DNA from: a virus | Length of the DNA stretch: 64,000 nucleotides | Strand: one strand, 5' to 3' | Virus record (IMG/VR): IMGVR_UViG_3300044653_000068 | Location: 51,257 to 115,256 of that record | Part shown: positions 8,837-19,036 of the stretch, piece after piece | Layout of the letters: each line of letters begins with the position of its first letter | Numbering within the stretch: the first letter of the stretch is position 1 | Made by a program: the position numbers and the translations under genes | Notes under the pieces: model-generated | What the model saw: only the letters and a program-made list of their open reading frames with translations | Told to the model about the DNA's origin: nothing | Database searches by the model: none

Positions 8837-9262
8837 CTATAACCCCCGCGCCAGGCGCTCGCGAGCGGCTTCGCGCGCTTCCTCGGCCGCCTCGGTGCGC
8901 CGGACCGCCTCCTCCACGTCGATCGGGCCAGCCGTGGTGTGAATCCGGAGCCACTGGCGGTGGTCGAGCGTGCGGAGCGCCTGCGGCGCAGGACGCCCGT
9001 GCTCCTTGTGGTAGTCCGCCAGCGCTGACTGGAACAGATCCCACTCGCGGTACATCCCGGGGGACAGCGCCGTCTTCGCTTTCCGCTTCTCTATCACCGC
9101 CCTCCGCTCCTCGGCCTGCTGCGCCTTGCGCGCCCGCCAGCTCGCGCCGGAGTGGTGGAGAGGGCAGTAAGGCTCGTCGTCGATCAGCCCCCAGCCCTCG
9201 CGCAGCGCGGCGTCAGAGTCGAAGCGGAACTCCAGGCAGCCGGGGTCAGCGCACTGGGGCAT
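8837..9262 (-). CDS. hypothetical protein
   Basis: 141 aa ORF with CADPGC and YCPLH. Confidence 0.6.
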   Translation of the reverse strand: MPQCADPGCLEFRFDSDAALREGWGLIDDEPYCPLHHSGASWRARKAQQAEERRAVIEKRKAKTALSPGMYREWDLFQSALADYHKEHGRPAPQALRTLDHRQWLRIHTTAGPIDVEEAVRRTEAAEEAREAARERLARGL

Positions 9263-9434
9263 AACTCGTACCGCCCCTCGCGTATGTCCTGCCGAGCCCG
9301 GTTACGCTCGCGACGCCGATAGTCCCGCTTGATCTCGCCGACCACGCCGGGGCGCATCAGGTAGCAGTACCAGCGCCGGGCGAAGAACGCATCCTGCTCA
9401 GCACCGCTCAGCTTCAGCCGCCGCTTGCCCGTGC

Positions 9435-9656
9435 TCACTTCATCACCGGGGTGCCCTCGGGCGGCGCGTCCCAGCTCTCCCACACCACAAGCCGGTCCTC
9501 GTGCACGAACGACGGCGTGACGACAGGCGCTTCCTGCCCGGAAAGGCGCATGATGGCGTTCTCGGCCGCGCTGAGCGCCACCGCGTCGCCATCGGCCAGG
9601 GCGCGCTTGAACGCGGCCTTGGCCTCGTCCAGATCCGTCATCTCCGCCTCGCTCAC
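9435..9656 (-). CDS. hypothetical protein
   Basis: TAGGAT-N6-GTG leaderless start. Confidence 0.6.
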   Translation of the reverse strand: MSEAEMTDLDEAKAAFKRALADGDAVALSAAENAIMRLSGQEAPVVTPSFVHEDRLVVWESWDAPPEGTPVMK

Positions 9657-9745
9657 AATCTGATCCTAGCAACTGCCCGAAACCGGCCCGAAGCCCGGCT
9701 AAGTCCCGAAAATCGCGGAAAAACCGCGCGAAAGCGCCTGAAACT

Positions 9746-10558
9746 TCACGAATGCGCTGCGTGCTCTGTGACACCTGAAGCGGCCCACCAGGGCTCCGGC
9801 GGCGTCAACCCGCGCCTCGTGTAATAGTGCTGCTGCATCCGATGTCGGTTCGCGTGGGTCGCGCAGTCAGAGCAGAACTTAGCTCCACCGTGCGTCAGCA
9901 CCGCATCACAACCTTCACAAGCGCAGATTTTGACCGGCCGGGGCGGTTTCGGGGCCTTCACCGGCCGCTTTTTACTCGGAAGCACCGAAATCTGCTCCGG
10001 CGCGAGCAAAAGCTCCGGATGCGCGTTCATGAACGCGATTTCCTCCGAAGTCATGCGATTTCCGCGCTGAACGTTGCAAATCTGATGCGCGGCGCGCTTG
10101 TTGGCCGAAACGTCGATTCCGCCGAGACTGAGCGGGATAATGTGATCCACATTCGGCGCCAGCTCGTTGGTTTTGGGCGCTTCGGGGTCGATCGGCATGC
10201 CGGCGGCCTTGCACCACGAGCCGAGCTGGCACATTCCGCCCGCACGCTCGTAAATCTCCCTGTCAGGCACACCGTCCCAGGTCTTGATCTTGTTCAGCTT
10301 CCGAGCCCGCGAACTGGCCTTCCTCGCCGCAGCCTTGTCATACGCAGGCAGTGAATCCAGGTAGCACTGCTTCGAGCAGAACTTTGGCTCGCGCCCACTA
10401 TGCCGGTCCCCCCCGTCAAACTGCTTCCCGCACTGAAGGCAGAGATACTGGCGAAGATGACGACGACAGCGCCCGCACGTCGGACTTTCTCTGCTCCCCC
10501 CTTTAGGATTCCAGTTTGCGGGTTTTCCGCAGATAGAACAGGGTCTGTATCTCGGCAT
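9746..10558 (-). CDS. HNH endonuclease with multiple Zn-finger modules
   Basis: NVDHIIPLSLGGIDVSANKRAAHQICNVQRGN; CLQCGKQF..KFCSKQC. Confidence 0.85.
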   Translation of the reverse strand: MPRYRPCSICGKPANWNPKGGSRESPTCGRCRRHLRQYLCLQCGKQFDGGDRHSGREPKFCSKQCYLDSLPAYDKAAARKASSRARKLNKIKTWDGVPDREIYERAGGMCQLGSWCKAAGMPIDPEAPKTNELAPNVDHIIPLSLGGIDVSANKRAAHQICNVQRGNRMTSEEIAFMNAHPELLLAPEQISVLPSKKRPVKAPKPPRPVKICACEGCDAVLTHGGAKFCSDCATHANRHRMQQHYYTRRGLTPPEPWWAASGVTEHAAHS

Positions 10559-10861
10559 GCGCGCAGCCTACCTGCTTCTCTCCCGCCTAACAACTGGAGA
10601 AACCTCCTCCGCTACCGCAAAGTTCAGTAACCGAACTTAATTTTGTATTTTGCCTGGTCAGCAGCGTGGACTCACTTCGCGAAATCGAAAAAACAGGCGA
10701 GTGACCGGCTTAGGTCGCGGGGTTTTTCGAGCTGGTTGGGGATTTCGGTCAGCAGATCGTCCCCGGTCAAATTTCGCTAAAAAACTCATTCGAATTATAG
10801 GCGCATATAATTTTTCGAATTCTTTAATGGTAGCTGACACTGGGGGTAATGATTATGCTAA

Positions 10862-10937
10862 GTGCAATGATTGCAATGAGTATAATGATTGCAATGGTGG
10901 ATGGGTGCAATGCGTATAATGATTGCAATCATTGCAC
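10862..10937. repeat. (GAT)TGCAAT short-repeat cluster
   Basis: Six TGCAAT copies plus an inverted ATTGCA within about 75 bp. Confidence 0.8.
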
Positions 10938-10987
10938 TAGACACACTCATACAACTAGTTGTGTGCAGCCAGCGCACACTGACATGT

Positions 10988-11075
10988 GTCAGTGACAGTG
11001 GTCAGTGACACGTGTCAGTGACAGTGGTCAGTGAATACAGATTCAATGACTCGCGTCAGTGACAGTGGTCAGTGA
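10988..11075. repeat. three copies of the 21-bp GTCAGTGACAGTGGTCAGTGA
   Basis: Copies at 10988, 11014 and 11055. Confidence 0.9.
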
Positions 11076-11907
11076 CACTCGTCAGTGTGGCAGTAGTCAG
11101 GCAGTAGCACACAGTTAGTTGCACGTGCACACAGCTGGTAATACCACACTGCATTGGTAGGTTGCCTGATTACACCGTTGCACTGCTGGTCACAGCAACG
11201 CTTCGAATTAGCTTTGTAGCAACGGCAGAATACGATTGGTCTAGCAAGCACGCTAACGAATTAGGCCTCTGACCAGCACGAACACCGAAACGGACATTTG
11301 GGCGAAAATCCCCGCCAGGATTCCCGCGATAGACAACCGCTTGGAAGGCCTTGCACCCGTCAGATTGGCTGTTTGACGCCTTAGACGCGTTTCCGCTGGT
11401 CAGACACCGAATTCGCTGGTCGAAATGAACCGTTTAATTCCGCTTTGTCACCGAATGCCCGAATCTCCGAGCCGGCGCTATATGACTAGTCATGCTGTGA
11501 CCGGTCACATAGCCGTTCTGCGACCCGAATAGCCGCTAGCTGACAAACGTGTCCTGGCAGGCCGGTAAAGCCTGCCTAGCGGGCTGTGAAGTGGCTTCAC
11601 GCGGCATTCCGAGTCTTGCCTCTCACGCGCGTACGCGTACGCGTACGCGCATCGCGCGCCGCGCCCGGCCGGACTGTGAAGTCAGTAAACGGACATTCGG
11701 TGCACCAATAGGACAAACTACCCCAGTTTCATGAAATTTTATCATGACATTTCACGATATGTCCCGTTTTGTCCTCTCGAATAAGATTCGCACATGCCCG
11801 GAATGCCCGAAATGCCCGAATCCGGAAAATGCCTGTGACCTGCACCGTTACCTAGCCGTTATTCTAATTAAGCCTCTGACCTTGAGTCTGACAGGATGCA
11901 CCTAGTT

Positions 11908-13085
11908 GTTCGTCCGCCCGGTCCCCCGGGAAGCTTCCGGGGATATCACAGCCCGCTTAGGCGGGTGGGGGCATGCGGTCCGCGCTTTGGCGGATGAACG
12001 GGCAACCGACAACCTAGCTCGCGATAGATGCGGTCGGCTGAACGGGTTTGCGCCTAGGCGCAATGCTTCCCCTAGTAGGCCGGCGCGTGAGCGGCAATAA
12101 CCCCTAGGGACGCCCTTAGGGCACTACCGCGCGAGATAACTACATGCACACGCACACGGGAAACGATGGCCGTATGGCCAAAGAGTCGCGCGTGAGTCAC
12201 CGATACCGGATTGGCCTGCCTAGGTTGGCTGCAAGTCTCGTCACGGTTCAAATCGGCTTTGTGCGCAGTGCCTTTACCAAGGTGCAAACTCTGTGTTCTG
12301 AAGATGGTTTTTCAGATCACGGGAACGTGAGTCAATTGGTATCGGCCGACCAAACCAGTGATCACGGTTGCTGACACGGTGCGCATGGCACGCGTTAGGG
12401 ATACGGCTTTAGCCAAAGGTTCCCAGTATGAGGTTTCGTGCATGGGGTTCCTGTCAGCCATCGATGGAAACATGGCAGGGGTACGCGGTTACCGACATCC
12501 GCCTATGGCTTATCTGAGCTGGATTCACGCCACGGTCACGGGACACGATGCGCATTGATGCGCGGGAAACGTCCTAGCGACAGTCAGCTTTGCAACTGAC
12601 ATGGTGCAGAAATTCCGGGATAGCTAGCAATCGATCGGCCGCCCAATAAGCGGTCAAGCTTTACCTGTTTTACCGCTAGGAAACCCGAACCCGGAGAAAT
12701 CACTAGCTAATAGCACTCCGGCAACGACCTAGCGCGTTTAACCTCCGGTCACGGTCGCAAGCGCATATAGCGGCGCTTAGGCAGGCTATGTAAATCCGGA
12801 GTTATCCAAACGTGTTTTACCGCAGTACGGTTGCCAACGGTTGCCGCGCTTAACAATCGCTTAATGTTCAGGTCCGCTCAATGGCCGGCGCTAACGCGTT
12901 CGGTTGCATTGCGCTTAACTGTTCATATGCCTAGCGGTTGTGCGCCTAGCGCGGTACCCGTTGGCGTTCCGTATCGCACGGTGCACGCTATGACGGACAC
13001 GAATTAGATGTGTTGCGGTAACGCTCTGTTGCGCTATGCCAATCTATCTAATCTGAAATACAACCGATCATCGTGCACCGTGCGA
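11908..13085 (+). ncRNA. candidate large structured non-coding RNA (~1.2 kb)
   Basis: No credible ORF; many nested helices whose mismatches read as G-U on the + strand (see findings). Confidence 0.5.
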
Positions 13086-13109
13086 ACCACGTAACTCTAG
13101 TGAAAGGGG

Positions 13110-13367
13110 TTGGCCATGCGCCTAAAGCGTGGTACCACGCGCGCAGATATCAAACGCGCGGCATTGCCCTACGGTGGCCGGGTAACCGATGCTGCCCACA
13201 TTACAGCGCCGCTACACAGCAATGCGCCTACCCATAATCCGGGTAACGCGCTTGCCTCTATCCGCGCGGCCGCCGGCATGGGGTCACAGAACACTAATCG
13301 CCAGTTGAAGAATGGCGGTATTTCCAGCTACTACCGGACACGACAGGGTAAGGGGTACGGACTGTAA
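13110..13367 (+). CDS. hypothetical early protein
   Basis: GAAAGGGG Shine-Dalgarno; first ORF of the rightward run. Confidence 0.45.
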   Translation: MAMRLKRGTTRADIKRAALPYGGRVTDAAHITAPLHSNAPTHNPGNALASIRAAAGMGSQNTNRQLKNGGISSYYRTRQGKGYGL

Positions 13368-13874
13368 TGCGATCACTCATCCGTCGGCTTATGCACGGCA
13401 ACGGCAATCACGTGCGCGTCCATGGCAGGCACGCGCGAGTCAAGTTCTAACATCCCGGCAACCGATCACCTCACCCCAGGAGATTCCAGTGGTCACAGCA
13501 ACGGCAAACACAGTCACGCACCCCAACTGTGACGCGCGTGATGCCGCCGGCGTCATTCTCGCCAACGTCAAGAACGCCGCACTACCGGACGTGCTCAAGT
13601 CCCTCGCGCGTGCCGAGAAATTCGGCTGTTGGCCGATCGGCCGTGCGCAGGTCACGCACACGGGATACGTCCGCAACGCCGTGCACTACGACGCGAGCAC
13701 GGCTATCTACCGCGTCACGCTAGGCCGGTTGGTCTAGATGCTCATTCACATCTTCATCGCAGCTATAGGCGTTGTCATGCTCATGACGTGGGGCCTAGGC
13801 ATCCTGGCACATCGGCGGGGCGGCCTGTTCCGCATCCAATACGGCTCCAGCTTCCATAAGGGGTACACGCACCG

Positions 13875-14087
13875 ATGACAACCTACCTAACCGCAGTGCC
13901 CGCCTACGGGCGCGACTACACGTCCAAAGCCGCCGTACTGGCAGACTGGAACGCCGGTAAGGACTTCCGGATTCAGGACATGTCATCGCCCGATAACGGG
14001 CGCGTGCTCAACAAAGCGGATAAGCCGGCGGACGTCACGCTGAATATCCGCTACAAGCGACTGACAATGGTTGCCGTCATCAAGTAG
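13875..14087 (+). CDS. conserved phage hypothetical protein
   Basis: LTAVPAYGRDYTSKAAVLADWNAGKDF; AAGGGG Shine-Dalgarno. Confidence 0.7.
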   Translation: MTTYLTAVPAYGRDYTSKAAVLADWNAGKDFRIQDMSSPDNGRVLNKADKPADVTLNIRYKRLTMVAVIK

Positions 14088-14097
14088 GTACGCCGAC

Positions 14098-14132
14098 CGC
14101 ATGGCGCGGGCCGTTCGCGGTTCGTGGCCACG
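14098..14132 (+). repeat. 35-nt UUCG-hairpin element, copy 1
   Basis: 31/35 identical to 17912-17946. Confidence 0.75.
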
Positions 14133-14167
14133 GGTCTACGTCCCAACCGACTAGGGAGACACGCGCA

Positions 14168-14476
14168 ATGAACGGCCAGATTCTCATGGAAGATGACATG
14201 ACGTCGCAGGAATTGCTGGTGTCGGCCAGCATCGCGCGTGACCGGCGGCCGTTGCCGGCCAAATCGCGATGCACAGCCCACCTGCTCATCCCGGGTGACG
14301 TCGTGGCGATCTACGCGGGCGACCGCTACGACCATGCCGCGACCGTGGAACGCGCGGTTGACGTGTACGCGTTCACGCCGCCCGGTCACGTCACGCTATG
14401 GACTACCAGCGGGCGCTACGACGTGCCTAGCGACGCGCGGCTAGACGTCATGGCGTGGGCACCGTTGGCGCGATGA
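14168..14476 (+). CDS. hypothetical protein
   Basis: AGGGAG Shine-Dalgarno, 102 aa. Confidence 0.6.
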   Translation: MNGQILMEDDMTSQELLVSASIARDRRPLPAKSRCTAHLLIPGDVVAIYAGDRYDHAATVERAVDVYAFTPPGHVTLWTTSGRYDVPSDARLDVMAWAPLAR

Positions 14477-14567
14477 TCCGGCGCTTGATAGACCGCGCGC
14501 AATTCGCGCTGCTGGCACTCCGCATGCAGCTACAGGCAAGACACGAACTAGAACGGGAGACGAAACC

Positions 14568-14792
14568 ATGACCGCATTCCGCGCTGGCAACGGCAAATTC
14601 GTGAGCAAGGGCAACCCGATCGCCGTCATCGGCATGATGCAGGCCCGCAAGGACGCGACCGACCGCGCGAACGCGCTGGAAGCGCAACGCGCAAGGCGAT
14701 CGGCCAACCTGCGCGCCCACGGCGTGAAGCCCTACAACGGGCCGCGCACACGGGCGGAGCTAGCCGCCGGCGTGGCGCTCGGAGAACTGTAG
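14568..14792 (+). CDS. hypothetical protein
   Basis: GGGAG Shine-Dalgarno, 74 aa. Confidence 0.55.
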   Translation: MTAFRAGNGKFVSKGNPIAVIGMMQARKDATDRANALEAQRARRSANLRAHGVKPYNGPRTRAELAAGVALGEL

Positions 14793-15395
14793 GGCATGCG
14801 CCGGCTACTGGCCGCACTGGTCATCGCGGTAACCCTCGCGACCGGGGCGGGATGCGCGAGCATTCACCCGCAAGTCATACGCGCCAAAGTCACGTGCTAC
14901 GCGCCCAACCCGGACGCCGGCGCGTGCCACGGGAACATCTACGTACCGAGTTAGGGAGACACGAACATGACCGACGCGCAACGGGAAGCGCTAACCGCGC
15001 TTTGCGAGAGGTATCACGTACCGTTCAGTGAAGATGACTTCCATCACCCGTTCGACCTTCCGCCCGGGTACGTGGCGGGGCAGGTCGGGCCGATCTACGT
15101 GGGATGCGCCCCAGACGGCCGGATTAGCTCGTGATCCTCGCCGGCGTGCTGGTCCTCGTAGGAATAGCGGTTACCGTCTACCAAGACACAACACAGCGCT
15201 AAAGGCGCAACTGAGAGGCGGCCACCGTGAGCTACTGCCACCATTGCGGGCATCACGCGGAACTACACGGCGGTCCGTACTGCGCATGGTGCGCGCAATT
15301 CTTCTACACTCACGGGCGCATGCCGAAGCCGGGCGACTACCCGCCGGAAACAGCGCTAGCGCGCGTGTACGCAGCGATGGGATGGGACGTGACGA

Positions 15396-15707
15396 ATGTC
15401 CGCGATATCTGACGTGCTCAACAGCGAGCATTACGCCGCATGGGTGGACGCGAACGATCCGGAGAATGCCCTCCGGACATGGCCGCGCGTGACGTTGCAG
15501 GCAAACAACACAGCCGGCCGTCACGGGCCTAACCGTCGCGGGCGCGCGGCTGCAATCAATGCGCTTAAGCGCGCTATCGAACGGCTGCCATTGAACGGGA
15601 AGCCAGATAAGCCCTATGTGCGGCTGGTCCTGGAATCCAAAAGCTACAGCGAAACTCACGGCTTCACGCACGCGAGTTACTTCACATACCGCATAGAACG
15701 GGACTAG
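15396..15707 (+). CDS. hypothetical protein
   Basis: 103 aa ORF in the rightward run. Confidence 0.5.
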   Translation: MSAISDVLNSEHYAAWVDANDPENALRTWPRVTLQANNTAGRHGPNRRGRAAAINALKRAIERLPLNGKPDKPYVRLVLESKSYSETHGFTHASYFTYRIERD

Positions 15708-16151
15708 CCATGCCGCTACTCATGAGGACCTATCCCGGTCCCCCGTTCCGGCCGTCAAAACATCTCGCGGATGTGCGTGAGCGCGCGTGGAATGCGGCGA
15801 ACCTGCTTAACGCGCTGCTTGCCCTGGGTTACCCGGGTATTGAAGCGGCGCATCTCGCACAAGAGTCGAGCTACGTCGGCAACCCGCCGACCCGACACGG
15901 AAGGCACTAGAGAGGCAATCATGGACAAAGCGGAACTTGACCACCTGGCCGACGTCATCGAACGCGTGTCAGAGGAAATGCGCGGCGACGCGCCGCCGAC
16001 CGAACCGCCATGCGGGTACGTGAACCGCGCCGGCGACGTGACGAACTGCAAACCGGATCACGACACGGCCGAGGACATCCGCGCCCGCATGCAGGCAACC
16101 GGCGGATACGTTCGGCCAGCATGATCAGCGACCTTGCGGCGTGGGCTGAAC

Positions 16152-16366
16152 ATGACGGAAGACACTAAGAAGCGCGGTGTGCTGGGCGGCATCGAGCCGG
16201 ACCCGGACAAGGGGAAGCCGTACAGGCACACCCGGCGCAAGTGCCTCCTGATGATGGAGGGAATGAACGGCGGCAAGCACGGGGCCGCGCTGAAACTTCT
16301 CATCGAGAAGAGGCCCGAGGACGTGCTGGACGCGCTGATCGCGGTATCAGACGAACTAAAAAGGGA
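16152..16366 (+). repeat. ~213-bp direct repeat, copy 1
   Basis: Identical to 31307-31518 except a 3-nt indel near the start. Confidence 0.95.
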
Positions 16367-16475
16367 AGATCCCGATTTCGCCACGCCGGAGGATTACCCG
16401 CAATCACTGCCGGAACCAGTGGGCCTGAACTGGCACGGGAGCGACTACCGAAACAGAGGCAGGGCAAGCGCATGA
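16152..16475 (+). CDS. hypothetical protein (first ~71 codons duplicated at 31307)
   Basis: MTEDTKKRGVLGGIEPDPDKGKPY...; stop overlaps the next ATG. Confidence 0.65.
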   Translation: MTEDTKKRGVLGGIEPDPDKGKPYRHTRRKCLLMMEGMNGGKHGAALKLLIEKRPEDVLDALIAVSDELKREDPDFATPEDYPQSLPEPVGLNWHGSDYRNRGRASA

Positions 16476-17458
16476 CAAAGACGGCAACGGTCGTAGGGGC
16501 GGGCATCGCCGGCCCCACGGCCGCGCTCAACCTCGCGCAACAGGGATACGACGTCGCGCTGCTGGAAAAGCGCGAACAGTCCGACATCGACTCCAACCAT
16601 ATGCTGACGCTCTCCGGTCAAACCGTGGATACCCTCGTCTACAGCGTGGGTATCGAATGGGGTGAGCTATTCCGCTATGACTCCCAGTACATCCGCCGGG
16701 AAACGTCGGACGGGCAGCGCTTGGCCGACAAGGGAACCAACTGGTTTCCCACGCCGCCTAACGTGTGCTGGAACGATCTTCACGACGCGCTAGCGTCCCG
16801 CTGCGATGTCACGTACGGGCACCGCGTCGAATCCCAGCCGGATACCGACATCGTGGTGTGGGCGGACGGCATAGGCTCGTACGGCAGGAAATCGCACGGG
16901 GGGAGTCGGGGAACCTACGCGGGCGAAATGCTGTTGCGCGGCTCGGTGCCCCGTTCCGACGACGACATGGATTGGCTCACGTTCGGGGGGTCGCGTCACG
17001 GAACCTATGAGCTGGTTTCGTATCCCTCCTGGGAGCGGGACGGCGCGCCCGTGCGGGGATGGACGCTGTTCCTTCCCGTGGAGGAAATGCCGTGGGGCGG
17101 GACGCAAGCGCTCACCTCCGAGCAGCGAGACGAAATGCACCGAATCATCCGCCCGCGCATGCACGACAAACCATACGAGCTGATCAAATCCACGGCCGAC
17201 GTCATCGCCGCGCCGCAGTACGTGTGGCCGCCCGTACGTCATATGACCGTGAACCGTGACGGCCAGCGTGAGTTTTTCATCGGGGACGCGGTTGGGTCGG
17301 TCTCGCCGCGTACGACGATGGGGGCGAACCTCGCGGTAGCGGAAGGGTACGGAATCGGCCGTGATCCGTCGTGGGATTCCGACGCGGTGCCCGCAGTGAA
17401 CGAGGCACTGGAGGATTCCCGCGAAATGATCGGCACATCCACAACCCGGGAGGGGTGA
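16472..17458 (+). CDS. FAD-dependent monooxygenase/oxidoreductase
   Basis: VVGAGIAGPTAALNLAQQGYDVALLEK, WADGIGS and FIGDAVGSVSPRTTMGANLA match the GxGxxG, DG and GD motifs. Confidence 0.85.
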   Translation: MTKTATVVGAGIAGPTAALNLAQQGYDVALLEKREQSDIDSNHMLTLSGQTVDTLVYSVGIEWGELFRYDSQYIRRETSDGQRLADKGTNWFPTPPNVCWNDLHDALASRCDVTYGHRVESQPDTDIVVWADGIGSYGRKSHGGSRGTYAGEMLLRGSVPRSDDDMDWLTFGGSRHGTYELVSYPSWERDGAPVRGWTLFLPVEEMPWGGTQALTSEQRDEMHRIIRPRMHDKPYELIKSTADVIAAPQYVWPPVRHMTVNRDGQREFFIGDAVGSVSPRTTMGANLAVAEGYGIGRDPSWDSDAVPAVNEALEDSREMIGTSTTREG

Positions 17459-17461
17459 ACC

Positions 17462-17833
17462 ATGGGGTACCTAATGAGCGGCGTGGTGCTGTTGTGCGTT
17501 CCGCTCCTACGGGAATTGTTCGCATGGCATCACGCCGGGCGCGTGACGCGCAAAACGGCCGAACCGCGCGAGATCGCTTATGTCAGCCCGTTCCTGCTGC
17601 CCGCCGAATCGTCGGCTTCACTCTTGCACAAAAGAGAATGGGACGCGTGGTACAACGCGCGGGAACGCTACGCGACAACCCCCACGGCGGAGCACAGTGA
17701 CGCGTGCACGCTGATCCTTAACATCAACGGCAATCGCTATCTTGACCATGACGCGTGCCGCGCGTGCTGGTTTGAGGCCATGCTAAACAGCGTGACGCCA
17801 ACCAATCCGCCCGACCGACCCATAAGCCGGTGA
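17462..17833 (+). CDS. hypothetical protein
   Basis: GGAGGGG Shine-Dalgarno, N-terminal hydrophobic segment. Confidence 0.5.
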   Translation: MGYLMSGVVLLCVPLLRELFAWHHAGRVTRKTAEPREIAYVSPFLLPAESSASLLHKREWDAWYNARERYATTPTAEHSDACTLILNINGNRYLDHDACRACWFEAMLNSVTPTNPPDRPISR

Positions 17834-17911
17834 CAGAACTAACGGTGATGACCGCTATAGCGCTGATATTGAGCGCGCTATTCCTTTACCTACTACGACC
17901 GTAAAGGCCGG

Positions 17912-17974
17912 CGCATGGTGCGGACCGTTCGCGGTCCGTCGCCACGCGCTTACCGGCGCGACCACAACTGAATA
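17912..17974 (+). promoter_or_regulatory. UUCG-hairpin element copy 2 followed by boxA-like ACAACTGAATA
   Basis: Hairpin 17912-17946; ACAACTGAATA at 17964-17974. Confidence 0.5.
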
Positions 17975-18139
17975 AAAGGCATTCAGCGCTTGAACTTGAC
18001 TCCGTTCTAGGCGACTACCGGAGCGGGACAGATTCCCGCTTGCTGCGGAGCATTCCCGGGTGATTGGGTCATCGCGCCCAATGTCGCCAGCGCTGAACAG
18101 TGACCAGCCACCATCTAGGGATCTTGAAAGGATCACATC

Positions 18140-18562
18140 ATGGCTGACCAGAATTCCACCACCGTTCAGAACGTCGCGCCGACCGCGCTTGACGGCGTGC
18201 CGGCGGACTACCAGCGGACCGTGGACGTGAAGCGGCACACCTCGGAGCACGTGCACGGCAACAAGACCGCATTCGAGATGGAGTCGCACACCGACGACGA
18301 GTCGGGCGGCGTCATCGACAACCGGCTCATGACCGTCATTGACGGGCGGATCGAGGCACGGCAGAAGGCGGAGGACCTGCGCGCCAACGCCCGCAACCGC
18401 AACAGGATCTACATCCTGGTCGTCGTGCTGATTATGGAGCTGGCCGTACCCACGCTGTACGGGATGCACATGCTGCCGGCCCTGTTCCTCAAGTACGAGG
18501 TGCTCGCGATCACCGCGCCGGACGCGCTGCTGACCGTGTGGGCCTACATCCACAAGTACTGA
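18140..18562 (+). CDS. hypothetical membrane protein
   Basis: GAAAGGA Shine-Dalgarno; C-terminal transmembrane segments. Confidence 0.7.
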   Translation: MADQNSTTVQNVAPTALDGVPADYQRTVDVKRHTSEHVHGNKTAFEMESHTDDESGGVIDNRLMTVIDGRIEARQKAEDLRANARNRNRIYILVVVLIMELAVPTLYGMHMLPALFLKYEVLAITAPDALLTVWAYIHKY

Positions 18563-18599
18563 TCAGACCGGGCAAGAGAGGCAGCGATAGGAGAAAATC

Positions 18600-18821
18600 A
18601 TGCCGTGGTACTTGGCAACACTGCTGATCGTCGGGGTGTCCGTCGCCCTGCTGGGGCTAGTCGCCGCGTTCGCGTGGCTGATGGGCCGGGAATACGACCG
18701 GCATCCGTGGTTCCGCAAGTGGATGGACACGGAGGCGGCCATGCACGGCGCGTACCTGGACCAGCCGGACATCACGCCGGAATACCTGGACCAAATCCCG
18801 GGCGGATGGGACAAGCCGTGA
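18600..18821 (+). CDS. hypothetical membrane protein
   Basis: AGGAG Shine-Dalgarno; N-terminal transmembrane helix. Confidence 0.6.
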   Translation: MPWYLATLLIVGVSVALLGLVAAFAWLMGREYDRHPWFRKWMDTEAAMHGAYLDQPDITPEYLDQIPGGWDKP

Positions 18822-19036
18822 CCGACCTCGTGAGCAAGATCGTCGAATGGGAATCGGGCGAGATGTCCGAGGAAGATGAAATCTCCTTCTTTCAGGAGAT
18901 GGTCAACAGCGGCGTGGTCTGGCAGCTCCAGGGGGCTTACGGCCGGCAGGCTAAGGCCATGCTTGACGCGGGCGTGATCACCAGCCCGTTCCAGGTCGTA
19001 GGCGATAGCGACGACGCCGATGGCGACCTACCATGA
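18818..19036 (+). CDS. conserved phage hypothetical protein
   Basis: IVEWESGEMSEEDEISFFQEMVNSGVVWQLQGAYGR. Confidence 0.7.
   Translation: MTDLVSKIVEWESGEMSEEDEISFFQEMVNSGVVWQLQGAYGRQAKAMLDAGVITSPFQVVGDSDDADGDLP

Noticed and set aside
10988-11075. CRISPR array
   Set aside because: The repeats are 21 bp with spacers of only 5-20 bp and there is no cas operon; the Cas4-like gene is a typical phage exonuclease 38 kb away
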